Of a stretch of 64,000 bases of DNA, positions 12,916-25,800 are shown one piece after another. The position numbers and the translations under genes were made by a program. The DNA comes from Felis catus (lineage: Eukaryota): contig NC_058383.1 of the NCBI RefSeq assembly GCF_018350175.1, positions 20,276,001 to 20,340,000 on the forward strand, read 5' to 3'. Every line of letters begins with the position of its first letter. The stretch's first letter is position 1. Under the pieces are notes generated by a model. That model was not told where the DNA came from. It saw only the letters and a program-made list of their open reading frames with translations, and made no database searches.

Positions 12916-13143
12916 GGGGCGCCTGGGTGGCGCAGTCGGTTAAGCGTCCGACTTCAGCCAGGTCACGATCTCTCGCGGTCCGGGAGTTCGAGCCCCGCGT
13001 CGGGCTCTGGGCTGATGGCTCAGAGCCTGGAGCCTGTTTCCGATTCTGTGTCTCCCTCTCTCTCTGCCCTTCCCCCGTTCATGCTCTGTCTCTGTCCCAA
13101 AAATAAATAAAACGTTAAAAAAAAAATTAAAAAAAAAATAAAA
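12916..13143 (+). mobile_element. Can-SINE, young SINEC_Fc type
   Basis: Near-consensus body; perfect 17-bp TSD AAGACACTGCGTCTTTT (12899 and 13144). Confidence 0.97.
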
Positions 13144-13171
13144 AAGACACTGCGTCTTTTGTTAAGCTATT

Positions 13172-13636
13172 AAAAATTTATATATAAATATATATAAATA
13201 ATATACATAAATTTATAATATTTATGTATACGTTTATTTATATTTATAAATTTATTTATTTATACATTTATTTATATATTTTCATTTATTTATTTATTTA
13301 TAAATTTATTTATTATAAATTTATTTATATATTTATAAACATATTTATAATAAATAAAAAATATAAAATATATAAAGTAATATAAAATAATATATAAAAT
13401 ATATATAATATATAATATATTATATATATTATATACAATATATATTATATATTATTATATATTATATAATATACAATATATATTATATATTATATATTAT
13501 ATTATATATATTATATATTACATATTATATTATATATATTATATATTACATATTACATATTACATATTATATATTATATATATTATATATATAAAATATA
13601 TAAACTTTATATATATATAATATATAATATATATAT
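13172..13636. repeat. AT-rich (TA/TATAT/TTTA)n island
   Basis: About 465 bp that is almost entirely A/T. Confidence 0.95.
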
Positions 13637-13800
13637 GGAGAGAGAGAGAGAGAAAGTTTATTTATTTACTTTGAGAGAGAGAGAGAATCCCAAGCAGGCT
13701 CCACACTGACAGGGGGGCTCAATCTCACAAACAGTGAGCTCATGACCTGAGCCGAAATCAAGGGTCGGGTGCTTAACCGACTGAGCCATGCAGGCCCGCC
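13637..13800 (-). mobile_element. Can-SINE (older, internally deleted)
   Basis: GAGAATCCCAAGCAGGCTCCACACTGAC...CATGACCTGAGCCGAAATCAAG...CTGAGCCA. Confidence 0.88.
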
Positions 13801-14254
13801 TAGGCTATTTTGAGTGGGCTTTATTTTCTTAAAAAAAGAAAGAATCTTGACTTATATGAAACTTGAGAAGGAACCCAAACGAGCAGGAAAAAAAGCACAA
13901 AGAAGTTCAAGGAGAAATGGGTCAGGGCAGAGTAGGCAATGAAGAACTATTTTCATGGGACGCTGGGTTTGGGCATGAAAATAAATCTCCTGCCTGTGGA
14001 TAAAGGGACAGTCTGGCCGTGTCTCAGTTTCTGCGTCATTCTTGTCAGAGCCAGAGTTGGGAACGATGACAAGAGTAAAAGCTTTTCTGTGAAACTGATC
14101 CATATGAAAATAATTTCAGTCAAATGAAAATAGGACAGAAGTTGGAAGCAGGTTAACTGTGTTGTACAGAAAATTGATCCAAGAGTTAAATAGGTTTAAA
14201 GAATTAGTTCCATGAAAATATAGCAAATTTATTAGAATTTTGATTAAAATAGTT

Positions 14255-14760
14255 AAGTCATCTCCCTTGTTTTAATACTTACAATGGCTTCAATCACATT
14301 TAAAATGAATTCCAGACTCTTTATCCAAATAGTACATGATCTGACCCTTCCCAACCTATTTGACGGTAGGGTTTATATCTCTTTTTCTGCCAAAACAGCT
14401 TCAAGTCCCAGTAGCTTCTTTCTCTTCCTTGAAAGAGTCGAGTTTGCTCCTATTTTTTTTTTTTTGCACATGCTGTTCTCTCTGCCTGCAGTGCTGTTCC
14501 CCATCTCCCTCATTCCGTCCTCAGTGCAAACATCACCTCCTCAGAGAAGCCCTCTCTGATTACCCCCTCGGAAGTAACTGCCAACTAACACTCCCTGTTC
14601 CGTTGGAATATCTTTATGGGGGGTTCCATTATTTTTAATAGTCTTGATTGTTTGTACCCTTGCTTATTTCTGTCTCTTTCAGTAAACTGTAAGGTCTGTA
14701 AGATCAGGGGCCCCGTATCCTGGTTCATTGCTGAAACCTAGTAGGTGCTGAACAAACGAG
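14255..14760 (-). mobile_element. L2 3' region remnant
   Basis: CAATGGCTTC...TCCAGACTCT, CATCACCTCCTCAGAGAAGCCCTCTCTGA and TAGTAGGTGCTGAACAAA are typical of L2 3' ends. Confidence 0.6.
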
Positions 14761-15199
14761 TTCCCTCCACACGCTCCGACCCAAGATTGCTCATTGCCCA
14801 CCAGCATCCACGCTTCTCATGTTTGCTTTAAGCCACGTGCCACATGGGTAGACCCAGCCACATGCCGCCGGGCCCCTTCGCAAAGAGGGGGCTTAGCGCC
14901 CGGCTGTGGGGAGGGCGGTCAGAAGGCAGGTTTTTACAAATCGGTTCCTTCAAGGGTTTCCATCCCTAGCTGGGGTAGCCTGCACCTAGTGACCGAGGGA
15001 GGGAGGGGCTGGAAGGTCCAGCCAGTTCAGTCCATCACGAGCCGACCCGGGTGGTTGATTCTTACCCCCGAATTTCCTCCCAGGTTGGTCGACGCTTCAC
15101 AGTCTGACTTCTCCCTGCCTAATCCTACTTTATATTCCTTTCCATGGGCGTTGATTCCACTGATCATCTTGTACCCCAAACACAGTCTCAGCATTGGCT

Positions 15200-15580
15200 C
15201 CTGGAGCACTCAGCCCGTGACCGCTCGGAGCTGAAAGTTACATTACCTTCCCTCCCCTGCGGTGCGAGGCAGCCAAGTGACCAAGTTCTTGCCTCTAGGA
15301 CGTGAATGAAGTGACGTGTGAAACATCTGTCTTGCTTCTTAAAAGCTAATTACCTGCCCTCCCCCCTGTCTTTCTAGGCTGTGCGATACAGACAGGAAGC
15401 TTCTGCACAAGCTTGGACCGTGCAGATCAGGGTGGAACGAAGAGGTAGGAGGGCCTGGTCCCTCTGACGTCATCACAGACCCAAAGTCTCTGTCTGCACT
15501 GGACCACCAATTTACCTCTGGACTGCGGCACGCTAACAAAATAAACTTCTGTTTTGTCTGCTCAGCTATACTTCGGGTCC
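15200..15580 (+). mobile_element. Old ERVL/MaLR LTR (LTR33/MLT1-like)
   Basis: GTGACCAAGTTCTTGCC and CCTCTGGACT...AAATAAACTTCTGTTTTG motifs. Confidence 0.5.
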
Positions 15581-16106
15581 CCCTCCTTAGGGGGTAGTTT
15601 ATCTACTGATTGATGTGGCTTGGAAGAAAATCACCCCTCCCGCCAGAGTCTTGGGATCCATTTCCTCCAAAAGCCTCCCTTGCATCCAATCAGACCCAAG
15701 ACCCAGTCCTCCAGGGTGGAGCTCTGGGGACCCGGACCCAGCTTCCCTACTATGATGCTCTTGACCTGTGCCTGAAGGGGCCCATGTCTCGGGGTTTGGT
15801 TTCCGAGAAATCTCAGTCTTCAGATCTGGCAACATCATGGCGATCACCCACCTGACCCCGGGCCACTACCACCTGTTCCTTATCACTATGCTCCCCTCAC
15901 ACTGTTGGGACACCCACACTGTCGGAGTTTGTTCCCGGACACAGACACTGTGCGTGTTTCCAGTTCCCATACGGCTGGTCTCTTTAAGACCGCTTCACCC
16001 TGTGTGCCGTTGGTCCTCCTCTACGGATCCGAGCAGCCCATAATTCCCCGGGGCCAGAATGAGTTCTAGCATCAACACCATCGTCTTACCCACGGACGCA
16101 AAATGA

Positions 16107-16143
<37 letters not shown>
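16107..16143. repeat. (CA)n microsatellite with (CG) head
   Basis: ACACGCGCGCACACACAC..., an alternating purine-pyrimidine run. Confidence 0.9.
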
Positions 16144-16144
<1 letters not shown>

Positions 16145-18074
16145 TGCAAATGCATTTGTATCTTAAATCCCATTAACCGAATCGTAGCGTTTAACTGAAC
16201 GAGGTGACTGTTTTGACCCTAAATGATCAGGTAGATTTGCAATATTTTATCTTCAGCCCCGAGTATCTTACTGTAATAGTGCAGTGGAAAACCTGGAGGG
16301 TGTTCTCAGGACGATACTCATTTACTCATTCATTCCTTTGACGAAACGCTAATGGAGAACCCACTAGGTACCAAACAGTGTGCGGCTTGATGCGGACCTA
16401 GGGATAAATCTGATGATGAGCGGATGGGTTAAAGTGAGAAACCTGGATGTTCACCACAGAGGAAAGTAGGAAAATGCAAACCCACACACACACGTAATAC
16501 GGAGGACATTTTAAGGAACAAAAGACGTTCCATCAGGGAAGAGATGCCAAGGAGACCCCTAATAACTTCAACTATCTGAATTCGCATCACGAAAAGGAGG
16601 GATTTTGTTTGTTCTGTGAAGCTCCGAAAGGCATTCTTTACAAAGGAGGACCTCCTTTTGCTTTATAAAAAATCATTTAACATTAACCAAGGAGGTGGTG
16701 TTATAGCTGCACTTTGCCATACACAGGAAGAGGCTGTCAGCCATCAGGGATGCTGTGAACAGAACTTTTTTCACTCATTCAGCAAAAACTAAACGAGTAC
16801 CTGCCATGCATGGGTGCTGTTCAGGACACCAAGGGCAGGGAGGAGACAGTGCTCCTGTCCTCATGGAGTTCATTTCACCTTCCTGCCTCCTCTGCAGATG
16901 TGGGAAGAGGCGGGACTCCGTGGGGTTGGAAGGCCAGCTTCAACATCAGTGTCAAGGTTAGAGCTGGTGCACAAGTAGGAGAGCCAAACTTGAGAAAGGG
17001 GCATCTTCCAACACTGCTGCTTTCGGGTTTTATGACTCGCAACGGGGCAATGGATCTCCTTGATGTATCCTGTCCACCAGCCAAATAATCTTGTCGATTT
17101 TTCACGGAAACGTCACTGCTTCCTTGAAATCTAGTGTATCTGGAGAAGATGATGAGAAGCCCCATGTCCCTTCCATGCCTAGCGCTTCCTTCTAAAGAAA
17201 ACCACCTCACATTGGCTCTTGGCAACAGAAAGCGTTGGTTCCAAGTGTGAGAATTCAACCAGCCTTCCTATGATGGTTACAGCGAATTGCTTTAGGTCTT
17301 GGTCCCTAAGACAAAAACGTTCAGTCACGAGACTGAAGAGTGGAGGCCATTTACCCTCAACTGACCTTGCTGGCGACCTTACCCAGTAGAATCCATTATA
17401 TTAGATGGTGACAAACACTTCACCAGACTCCATCGGAGGCAGGTGCTCCCGGCGACGGTGGGGCCTCAAAACTGCCATGCTATCTCCCTGCTTTCCCATG
17501 GGACCAGTAGACTGTCAATCTGCTCCGGGGTATTGAGGTGACCAAAGATGATGTTCCCCCACGTCACTCCCCTGCTTAAAATTCTGCAGATGTTCCATTG
17601 TTTTTAGAATAAAAACAAGAATGCTGAAAGGACCACAAGTCCCTGCGTTCTCGGCCTTGGCTCTCTCTTATCTGGCTCCAACTCTCTTCTCTGCTTTTCT
17701 CGCCTTTCTTTGCGTTCCTCTAACATACCCCAGAGCCTTTGCACATCCTGTTCTATGAAGTCAAGGACCATATTGTTTGTCCATTTGTTCTTCGTGTTCA
17801 CCACGGAATCTGCAGTGTCTAGCAATTTCTGACCTAAAGCAGACGCCAAGAAATACATGAATATTGCCCTGATTTCATAAAAGTATTTGCCATAGGTCCT
17901 GTTACCATAGGTCACCTGAGCATGAGGCAGAACATCACAGTTTCAGCACTTAGGCACTGGAGCAAAATTTGCTTGAACGAAATCCCCATTTCGGCATTTA
18001 CTAACTGGGGGAATCTGGGCAGCTTCTGTGAACGCTGTGCGCCTTGGTTTTTTAGCATGTAAGTAAAGGATGCT

Positions 18075-18293
18075 GGGATGCCTGGGTGGCTTAGCCAGTT
18101 AATCTTCCGACTTTGGCTCAGGTCACGATCTCACAGTTCATAGGTTCGAGCCCCACGTCGGGCTCTGTGCTGACAGCTCAGAGCCCGGAGCCTGCTTTGG
18201 ATTCCGTGTCTCCCTCTCTCTCTGCCCCTCCCCCACTTGTTTCCAATCTCTCTCTCTCTCTCTCTTTCAAAAATAAATAAACATTAAAAAAAT
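18075..18293 (+). mobile_element. Can-SINE inserted in a MIR
   Basis: Full body and tail; TSD TAAAGGATGCT. Confidence 0.93.
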
Positions 18294-18534
18294 AAAGGAT
18301 GCTAATACTAACTTCCAATAGATACGTCTGCTTTGAAGATCCAGTGATCTGGTAACAGGCACGCCTGGCACACGCTTAGCACTCAACAGACCATGTACAG
18401 ATTACACATTAATCTCCATATACAGTCAACTGCTTTCCTGTGTATCCTTTCCCTCCAGACTACTTCAGACGATGGGAAGTTTTAAAATCGGGGCTGGAAG
18501 GTATAACATAGCCACATGATTTTATCACTTATTG

Positions 18535-18905
18535 TATTTTACTTTATTTTATTTATTTTATTATTTTATTTTATTTTACTTTATTTTATTTTAATTTTAT
18601 TTAATTTTATTTTATTTTACTTTTTAAATTTATTTTATTATTTTATTTTATTTTATTTTACTTTATTTTATTTTAATTTAATTTAATTTTATTTTACTTT
18701 ATTTTATTATTTTATTTTATTTTACTTTATTTTAATTTAATTTAATTTAATTTAATTTTATTTTATTTTTTAATCCAAATTCAAGTTCGTTGGCATACAG
18801 CGTAATCTTGGCTCCAGGAGTAGAACCCAGTGATTCACCTCGTACCACGTGACAGCCAGGGCTTATCCCCAACAGTGGCCTCCTCGGTGCCCATCTCTCA
18901 TTTAC
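18535..18905 (-). mobile_element. Carnivore L1 3' end with expanded (TTTTA/TTTAA)n tail
   Basis: AATTCAAGTT...CAGGAGTAGAACCCAGTGATTCA...GTGCCCATC, preceded by ~240 bp of pentamer repeats. Confidence 0.85.
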
Positions 18906-19799
18906 TTTCAATCCGCCCTGTTCTTGTACCCCCCCAGGGTGTCATATAATCCCGATGTGGTGTAACCATCATAAAAGGGTCCGTGTGTTCTCTCCTAGGT
19001 AAGCTCAGTGGGTAGAAGGGTTGAGACCATACCTACCTGTATAGATTCCTCTCACACCACTTACATTTGGAGTGGCCACGTGGATTCCAGAAGACGATGC
19101 ACCGTCCAGGAGCCAGTACATAGTACATACTCAGGAAATGTTTATGAATCCACGCTGCCACCAAGGGACCCGCTTGCTAGTAACTGAACTGAGCTGATAA
19201 GGGTAATTGTAGCCAACTCCGTTCCCCAGGGAGCCCCGACATTTGTTCATAGAAGAAATTCCATAGTTACGGGAGAGGCTTGCATTGTATTGGTTCTGCA
19301 AGGGGTTCATTGATTTGAAACTCTGCATTTTTATTCAATTAATTTGAATTTTAATGAAAAAAATAACTAAGCCGGAGAGATTCCCGTCTTGGGGAGACAA
19401 GAGGATTTCTCTGCGGGTTTGGGGAGTGGGGGACCAGAGAGAAGTACACCTCTTAAATTTCCCCGGAGATTATAATCCATCAACTTACAGAGCAAGAGCT
19501 TTAAAAAGATTATCTTCTACACAGAAATGGCGAGCTTGTCATAAATGGGAAAATGTCACCTAAAAGATGTGGTGGGACCTGAGTAAAATGGGCTGGCAGG
19601 TAAGGGGTGGAAGCTAAGGCTAGTCAGGGGAAGCAAGAGCGCCCAGGGGTCTTTAACAGCATATATAAACTTCGGAGTTTAAACTTGTTTCGGAAAGGTG
19701 AGCCCGTGCCGGAACAGCATGGTGGGAAGGTCAGCGCTGTGCCTAAAGGTCAGGTGATGTGTCTTCTCCGGGGAGTGCGTGATGCTTCAGACCATTCAG

Positions 19800-20340
19800 T
19801 CTCCAAAGCTAATGTCAGATATCAACTCAGCAATACTTCGGTTCCAAGGAATCAAACACCCGGTGAAACTGCTTTGGGCAGTAAATTATTCAGTTGAATG
19901 AACTGCAAAGTCCAAGAGCTGGACTGTAGGCATAGCGGGGTCCAGATGCTCCGAGGAGACCCTCGGGGTCTGGCGTCCTTTGACGTCTTTTGACTCAGCC
20001 TCCCCGGCGTTTGCTTGAAGCTCAGACAGGGACTTGCCGTGTGGTCACAAAGATGGTCACGGTAACTCCAGAGCTTCGAGATTGTATCTGCTCAGCCTAA
20101 TAATCCCAGCATGAAGAAGACATCTCCTGGTCACTGTTCTTGTGGAAGCCCCGAGATTTCATCGCATTGTCCCAGCTGAAGTCACACGCTTACTCCCTCA
20201 TTAGTGTTCTCAGGGACCGCGGAGGGCTCTGATCGGCCAGCTTGGGTTACGTGTTCACCCCAAGAGCTAGAACTGACACGTAGCCAACCCGATCGGGAAA
20301 ACAAAGTCATAGCATGAGGTTGGGGCAGTTCCAGAACAAG
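19800..20340 (-). mobile_element. MLT1-type MaLR LTR remnant
   Basis: GTCCAAGAGCTGGACTGTAGGCATAGCGGGGTCCAGATGCTC and CTCTGATCGGCCAGCTTGGGTTACGTG resemble MLT1K/L. Confidence 0.5.
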
Positions 20341-21345
20341 GGCAGTGGGTTTTGTTAGACAAAAACGACCTGTATTCTCTTCATACGGGATGGAACTTTC
20401 TGGTTGCTAGTGCTCAGGGGTCAGGGCTGGCTTCAGCGAAGAAAGCTGTGGTCAGGGATTCCAGAGTGGACGTCAGGGTGGGTCAGAATAGGGAGCGCAA
20501 CCTTTGAATAACGTGGTAAAGATAAAAAGTCCACATCTACTAGCTATGCATGAGAATGTGTCTCATGTCCCCATGTCCCCAGTGTCTCTCATCGGCGCTG
20601 GCGTGTAGTTGGTGTTCATGAACTATCGGTCACATAACGAATAAGCCAGATTTCCAATAACAGCAGCCTAGAGCTGCCTCACTGTTAACTAATATTCACT
20701 GGGTGATTCATACGGGACTCGGACTGGGCACTTTATTTCCGTATCTCATTTAACCCATACAATGGTCCTATAAAGCCAAGGTTTTATTAGTACGCCCATT
20801 TGACAAAGAAGCTCAAAGAGATGAAGCCCGCTGACAAACAACCCCCCCCCCCCCCGTTTCAGGGTGCCTACACCATTCAGGTCAGCTCCCGCCCACGTCG
20901 CGTCCTGGGTGGGTGGGTCTGGAAGATTCTTCTACACCATGTTCGGGCACCAGGGCCCCTTCCATCGTGTGGCTCTCCCCTCTGCCGGGGCCATGTCCTG
21001 CTCCACGTTAGCCAGTAGACGGGGAAGGACAAAGGACAGAAGAAGAAGAGGAAGGAGAGAAAGGTGAATAGAGAAGAGAAGAAATACAGAAGGTCCACTG
21101 ACTTTTCACCAGCTTACCTGGAAATGGCTGCCCTCACGGCCGTTCATCGTCCACTGACGAACCCAAGCATGTGGCCCCACCTGGACCCAAGGAGGGTTGG
21201 GAAGGTCCTGTCTCCGTCTGTCAAGGAAATGGCACATTGTACGGGCTCTGACGAGCAACACAGTCATAGCTGACCACACCCACAGGACACTCCCCCACGC
21301 ACACCACGTGCTTGTACTTGTCCTTCTACTGGGCTGACGTCATTC

Positions 21346-21539
21346 TTTTTTTTTTTAATTAATTTATTTACTTCGAGGAGGGGGAGAGGCGGGGGGAGAG
21401 GGAGAGAGAGGATCCCAAGCAGGCTCCGCACGGTCAGCGCAGGGCCTCAGGTGGGGCTCGATCTCACGAACCATGAGATCGTGACCTGAGCCGAGACCAA
21501 GAGTCGTCCGCTTAACCCACTGAGCCACCCAGGCGCCCC
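21346..21539 (-). mobile_element. Can-SINE
   Basis: Ends ACTGAGCCACCCAGGCGCCCC; degenerate TSD CTGGGCTGACGTCA / CTGGGCGGGTGTCA. Confidence 0.92.
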
Positions 21540-22732
21540 TGGGCGGGTGTCACTGTAATCCTCTTGCCTCTTCGCTTCACCTCTGCTTTCTGGCTGTGGC
21601 TCTGCCCTGACCTCTCCTGGGCTCCTTGCGCTGCCGGAGGGGGTTTTGAGGGTGAGTTACCTCCAGCCGTGCATTTGCCTGGAGACTGCAGATGAAGGCT
21701 GGTGACCTTGACTTTTCCTTTCGGTCAGATTCCACCTGCAGGAGTTCTCCGTGCTGCGGCAAGCCCAAAGCCAAAATAATTTGATGACTTGATTCTAAGG
21801 AGATTCAGTGATATTAGTTGACTGAATAGGAAATATACCTAATCATCCCCCCTTCCAATCTCTTTCATCATTAGATTTGCTCTTAATCTCACGCACAGAC
21901 ATTCTGTGATTTTTTTTTTTCTTTTTGGCAGGTTAATTAAACCTGTCTTTATTTTTTCCTTTTTTCCAATTCTGTCTGAGCGCTGGGGAAAAGATCTGAG
22001 TCTCTAATCTCTGGCGGCATTTGTCATAGAATATTCCAGACACTCCGAACCATAAACCATTCCCTCACTGAACCTGGGCTCCCCACTCCTACTCCTTTCA
22101 GGCTGCCAGAACTCATAGTTCATTGCTTTAGCAACTTAAACTGGGGGCGTGGGGAGGGAGGGAGGGTCACTTAACAAGAAAATGGAACGATAAAAATCTC
22201 AGGAAATTGGATATTTAAGCATTCAAAGTAATTGATATTGAAGAAAAAGTATGATAGGCTAGAATTATATCCACACAATCTACTGCCCATTAGTTGGGAC
22301 GTCCACATAACCCTAATCTAAAATTATGAGGGTTCATTACAGATGCAATCAGACACAATCGTCTTCATTCCATATATCAAAAGTCCATGCACTCAAAAGA
22401 GAAAAAAACAAAAAAAAAAAACCCAAAAAACCTTGCTCTGCGTCCCTCCGTTCCTAACGCAGAAGTTTGAGATCTGATTTTTTATATTCGATGACAATTT
22501 CCAGGGCACGTTAAATACAAGACTTAGGAAAATATAAAAAAGGTTGAAATACCATCGAGACAGCTGGAGGTAAAAATATGAAAAGCAATACCCTTAAAGG
22601 ACAAAAAACAGGGGGGTTAAGAAAAGGAAGAAAGAAAGACTCTATTTATGGCTCGAGGAGGTTTTGGAGGACTTCTTCCCCAGCTCAGACATCTGCAGTC
22701 ACTTCTCATGATTGCCCTGAAAGGTGGTGGGC

Positions 22733-22863
22733 CCGAGGTTCGTGGGTTCAAGCCCCACATCAGGCCCTGTGCCGGCAGCTCGGAGCCTGGAGCCTGCTTC
22801 GGCTTTTGCGTCTCCCTCTCTTTCTGCCTCTCTCTCTCAAAAATAAATAAACATTAAAAAAAA
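22733..22863 (+). mobile_element. 5'-truncated Can-SINE
   Basis: GGTTCGTGGGTTCAAGCCCCACATCAGG...AAAATAAATAAACATTAAAAA. Confidence 0.88.
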
Positions 22864-23248
22864 TCACGAATTTCACATCCCTTTTCTGGTGGCTCCTTGA
22901 CGTACCTGGTGGAGGGTTCCCTGTTCCCTCTCTCACCTTCCATCCTGGAAGGGCCACTGGCTTCTTAGCTGTGCACCCAAGGCACCTGCCTCACCTCTGT
23001 GGAAGAGGGGTCACGCCGTCTTGTCACTGCCTCTCAGGACCTCCCTCTTCCCCGATGAGAGGTGGACTCAAGGCCAGGGGGCTGAACGTGTTCATAACTG
23101 CATCCCAGTACCTGGCACACATAATTATACATAATAGTAGAGTACAAAATAATTACAGACTGGACTGAACCGATTTCATTCATTCACCGTCCGCCACTCA
23201 ATAGATATTCACGAGGTGCAGCAGATACCTTCCTTTCCACGACTAGGT

Positions 23249-23709
23249 CAGTGCTTTTCAAAATGCGGATTGCAACGCCGTAGCGGCCAATGAAATCATG
23301 TTAATGGTCTGCGAGTTGCATTAAGAAATAGAAAATAAAATAAAGTGGTATGAAATAGGATAGGATTGGCGAGGATAGGGCAGGCTAGGACAGATTGGGC
23401 AGTCCGAGGGAGAAAATGTCGGAGTGCGCTTCGCGTGGAAGGTTCAACATTATTTCTGAAAATATATAGATTGTAGGGGCACCTGGCTGGCTCAGTCCGG
23501 AGAGCGTGAAACTCCTGACCTCTGTGTCGGGAGTCCGACCCCCCTGTTGGGTAGAGAGATTACTTAAATAAATAAAGATTTAAAGGCATATAGAGAGAGA
23601 CACATTGGTAACGACATAAGTACATATGCACGTACACACCTATGCGGGGGGTTGGGAATCGGGGACTGGGTATGCTCTGGGTCACAACCTAGAATTTTGG
23701 ACGTCCCCG
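23249..23709. mobile_element. hAT-Charlie DNA transposon fossil containing a short SINE
   Basis: Begins CAGTGCTTTTCAAAATGCGG; internal (ATAGG/ATAGA)n; ends TGGGTCACAAC...TTTGGA. Confidence 0.6.
23476..23584 (+). mobile_element. Short tRNA-Lys-derived carnivore SINE
   Basis: GGGGCACCTGGCTGGCTCAGTC...GTTGGGTAGAGAGATTACTTAAATAAATAAA. Confidence 0.85.
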
Positions 23710-25565
23710 CTCGCCACGACCTCATTTATCCTGCGACTCTGATAGCAGAAATCGGGGGGTGAGGACAGTGCGTTTCGTCAAGATACCGTGACCACCGGGA
23801 AGTTCCAAGTCCAAGTTTCAATGCCGACAGGGCAAGCTAATTAGCCCTCATGGGCTGCTCAGTTGTGTTCTATTTTTAGCCATGGTCTTGACTTCCTATC
23901 CCCATTGATATTTTCCTTGGCTCAGACACATACTGACGTATGGATTTGTTAAAAGCCTCTTTGATACAATCTGTCGTTTTCAACTGCCCAGGAACCCGTC
24001 TTGCACTGTATACTTGTGGGTTTTACAGAAGGGAACCATTCATTTCCCCCCAGCCTCAGTCCAAATTATTCAGATTGGAGAGATCACCCCCCGTCCCCCC
24101 GCCACCAGGACCTAGGAGTCCGGCACAATCCGTGTGTGACCAGTCTCCATAGGTTATTCCCAGCCCACAGAGACTAACCTAGGTCCACTCATGCCACACC
24201 AGTTGATCTGATGAGACCTGACAATGGCACCTGGGCTAGAATTCAGGGGGGAAGGGCTGCGCCCCCCCTTTACAGGACTGTAAGACCGGATAGGACAGCT
24301 CACACCCTGGACCGAACCTATCCGAGAATGGCTCTACCCAAAGAAATACGGGCCGGGGAAACAGAATGGATTCGGACATGTGCGACCTGAACAACCAACC
24401 ATGGACTACAGCCAAGCACATGGCCTCTTTCAAAAGGAAGCCCATGTGAGCTGGTTTTGTTTGTTCCAACCAAAACAACCCTGACTGTCACAGACACCGT
24501 TAAGATTTTTGTAGAGCGTGGAGCAGGGCACAGTTGTGTTTGGTGTTCCCAACGATTCGGTCTTCCTGCCTACATACCCCTTCACCACTGGACTTAGCGT
24601 GTGCGATCTTGTTGAGGAAAGAGTCTACCTCCCTGGGCCCAGAGAGCGGGCTGGGTGGCACAACTCATTTTGGCCAACGGAAGGCGAGGAGTCAAACCCC
24701 AGCACCAAGCAGGGGCTTTCAGAGTCCTCGCGTGAGCTCTCTTTCTGCCACAGGAAAGGCACGCCCTGAGCGCCCCTCCAGCACGCATCCTGCTCTGTGT
24801 AGACACATGGGGCAAAGCCCCCACCGGCCCTCAGCCAACAACATACAGCGTAAGCAAGAAGGAAACCCCTGCAGTTGGAAGTCACTGAGACGTGGGGCTC
24901 CTACGCGTTTGCAGTCATAAATAATTGATTTATCTCTCCATCACCACCTCTATCCCTATAACTCGTTTTCCAACATGCAGCTGCTGAGTGCACACACACA
25001 CACACACACACACACAGACGTCGCTTAGCTCTTCCCCGCTGACATTTTTCCCTCCTGCTTAACAAGCAGACCTGAAATAGAAAAAAAAAAAACATTTCAA
25101 AACCGTCTCTACCGATTCCAGAATGACAGAGTAGGCAGACAAGAACACCGTGAAAGATCCTGTAAAGCAGAGGAAACGCATCCCGGAAGCCTGGCTTCGG
25201 GAAGCGGGCGGGGCCGCCATGGTCAGCCTGCGGCACGCAGACTCCGGGCTGGGACGGGACACAGGACAACGGGGAGACGGCATTGTAAAGGCCTGTCCAA
25301 TCTGTGATGGCCGCAGGAGCAGGGAGGCCCTGGTTCCCCGTGAGGCTGTCCGTGATTGGAATGAACTTGAAGCCATTAACTCAGCCCTGCTGGTGTAGAC
25401 CCACAAGGGTGTTGGTAAACGAGATACACAACCTTCCTGCTCTCACGACTGGAAGGAACAGGCAGGGCCCCGGGATGCAGAAGAAGCAACCACAAGCCCT
25501 CGATGACTTCAGAGTGTCCTCAGTGCTTTGAAGAACCCAACCGAAGTGGTAAAGAAGGCGGGGAT

Positions 25566-25769
25566 GGGGCGCCTGGGTCGCTCAGTCCGTTGAGAGTTGG
25601 CCTCTTGATTTTGGCTCAGGTCCCGGTCCCAGGGTCGTGGGATCAAGCCCCGTGTCAGGCTCTGCACTGAGCGTGGAGCTTGCTTAAGATCCTCTCTCTC
25701 TTTCTGTCCCTTTCCCCCACGAGGGTGCACTCTCTCTTTCTGTGTGTCTCTAAAAAAAATAAAAATACG

Positions 25770-25797
<28 letters not shown>
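25566..25797 (+). mobile_element. Can-SINE
   Basis: GGGGCGCCTGGGTCGCTCAG...CTCTTGATTTTGGCTCAGG; long A tail. Confidence 0.92.

Positions 25798-25800
<3 letters not shown>

Noticed and set aside
23476..23555. tRNA-Lys-like sequence (and the A/B boxes in all SINE heads)
   Set aside because: These are tRNA-derived SINE heads with A tails, not tRNA genes.
25343..25360. REST/RE1-like site (CACGGACAGC on the minus strand)
   Set aside because: Only the right half-site matches; the left half TCAGCAC is absent.
25150..25398. ORF containing IVKACPIC, reminiscent of a retroviral integrase zinc finger
   Set aside because: The HxxxH half is missing, no DDE core follows and there is no flanking pol sequence; likely chance.
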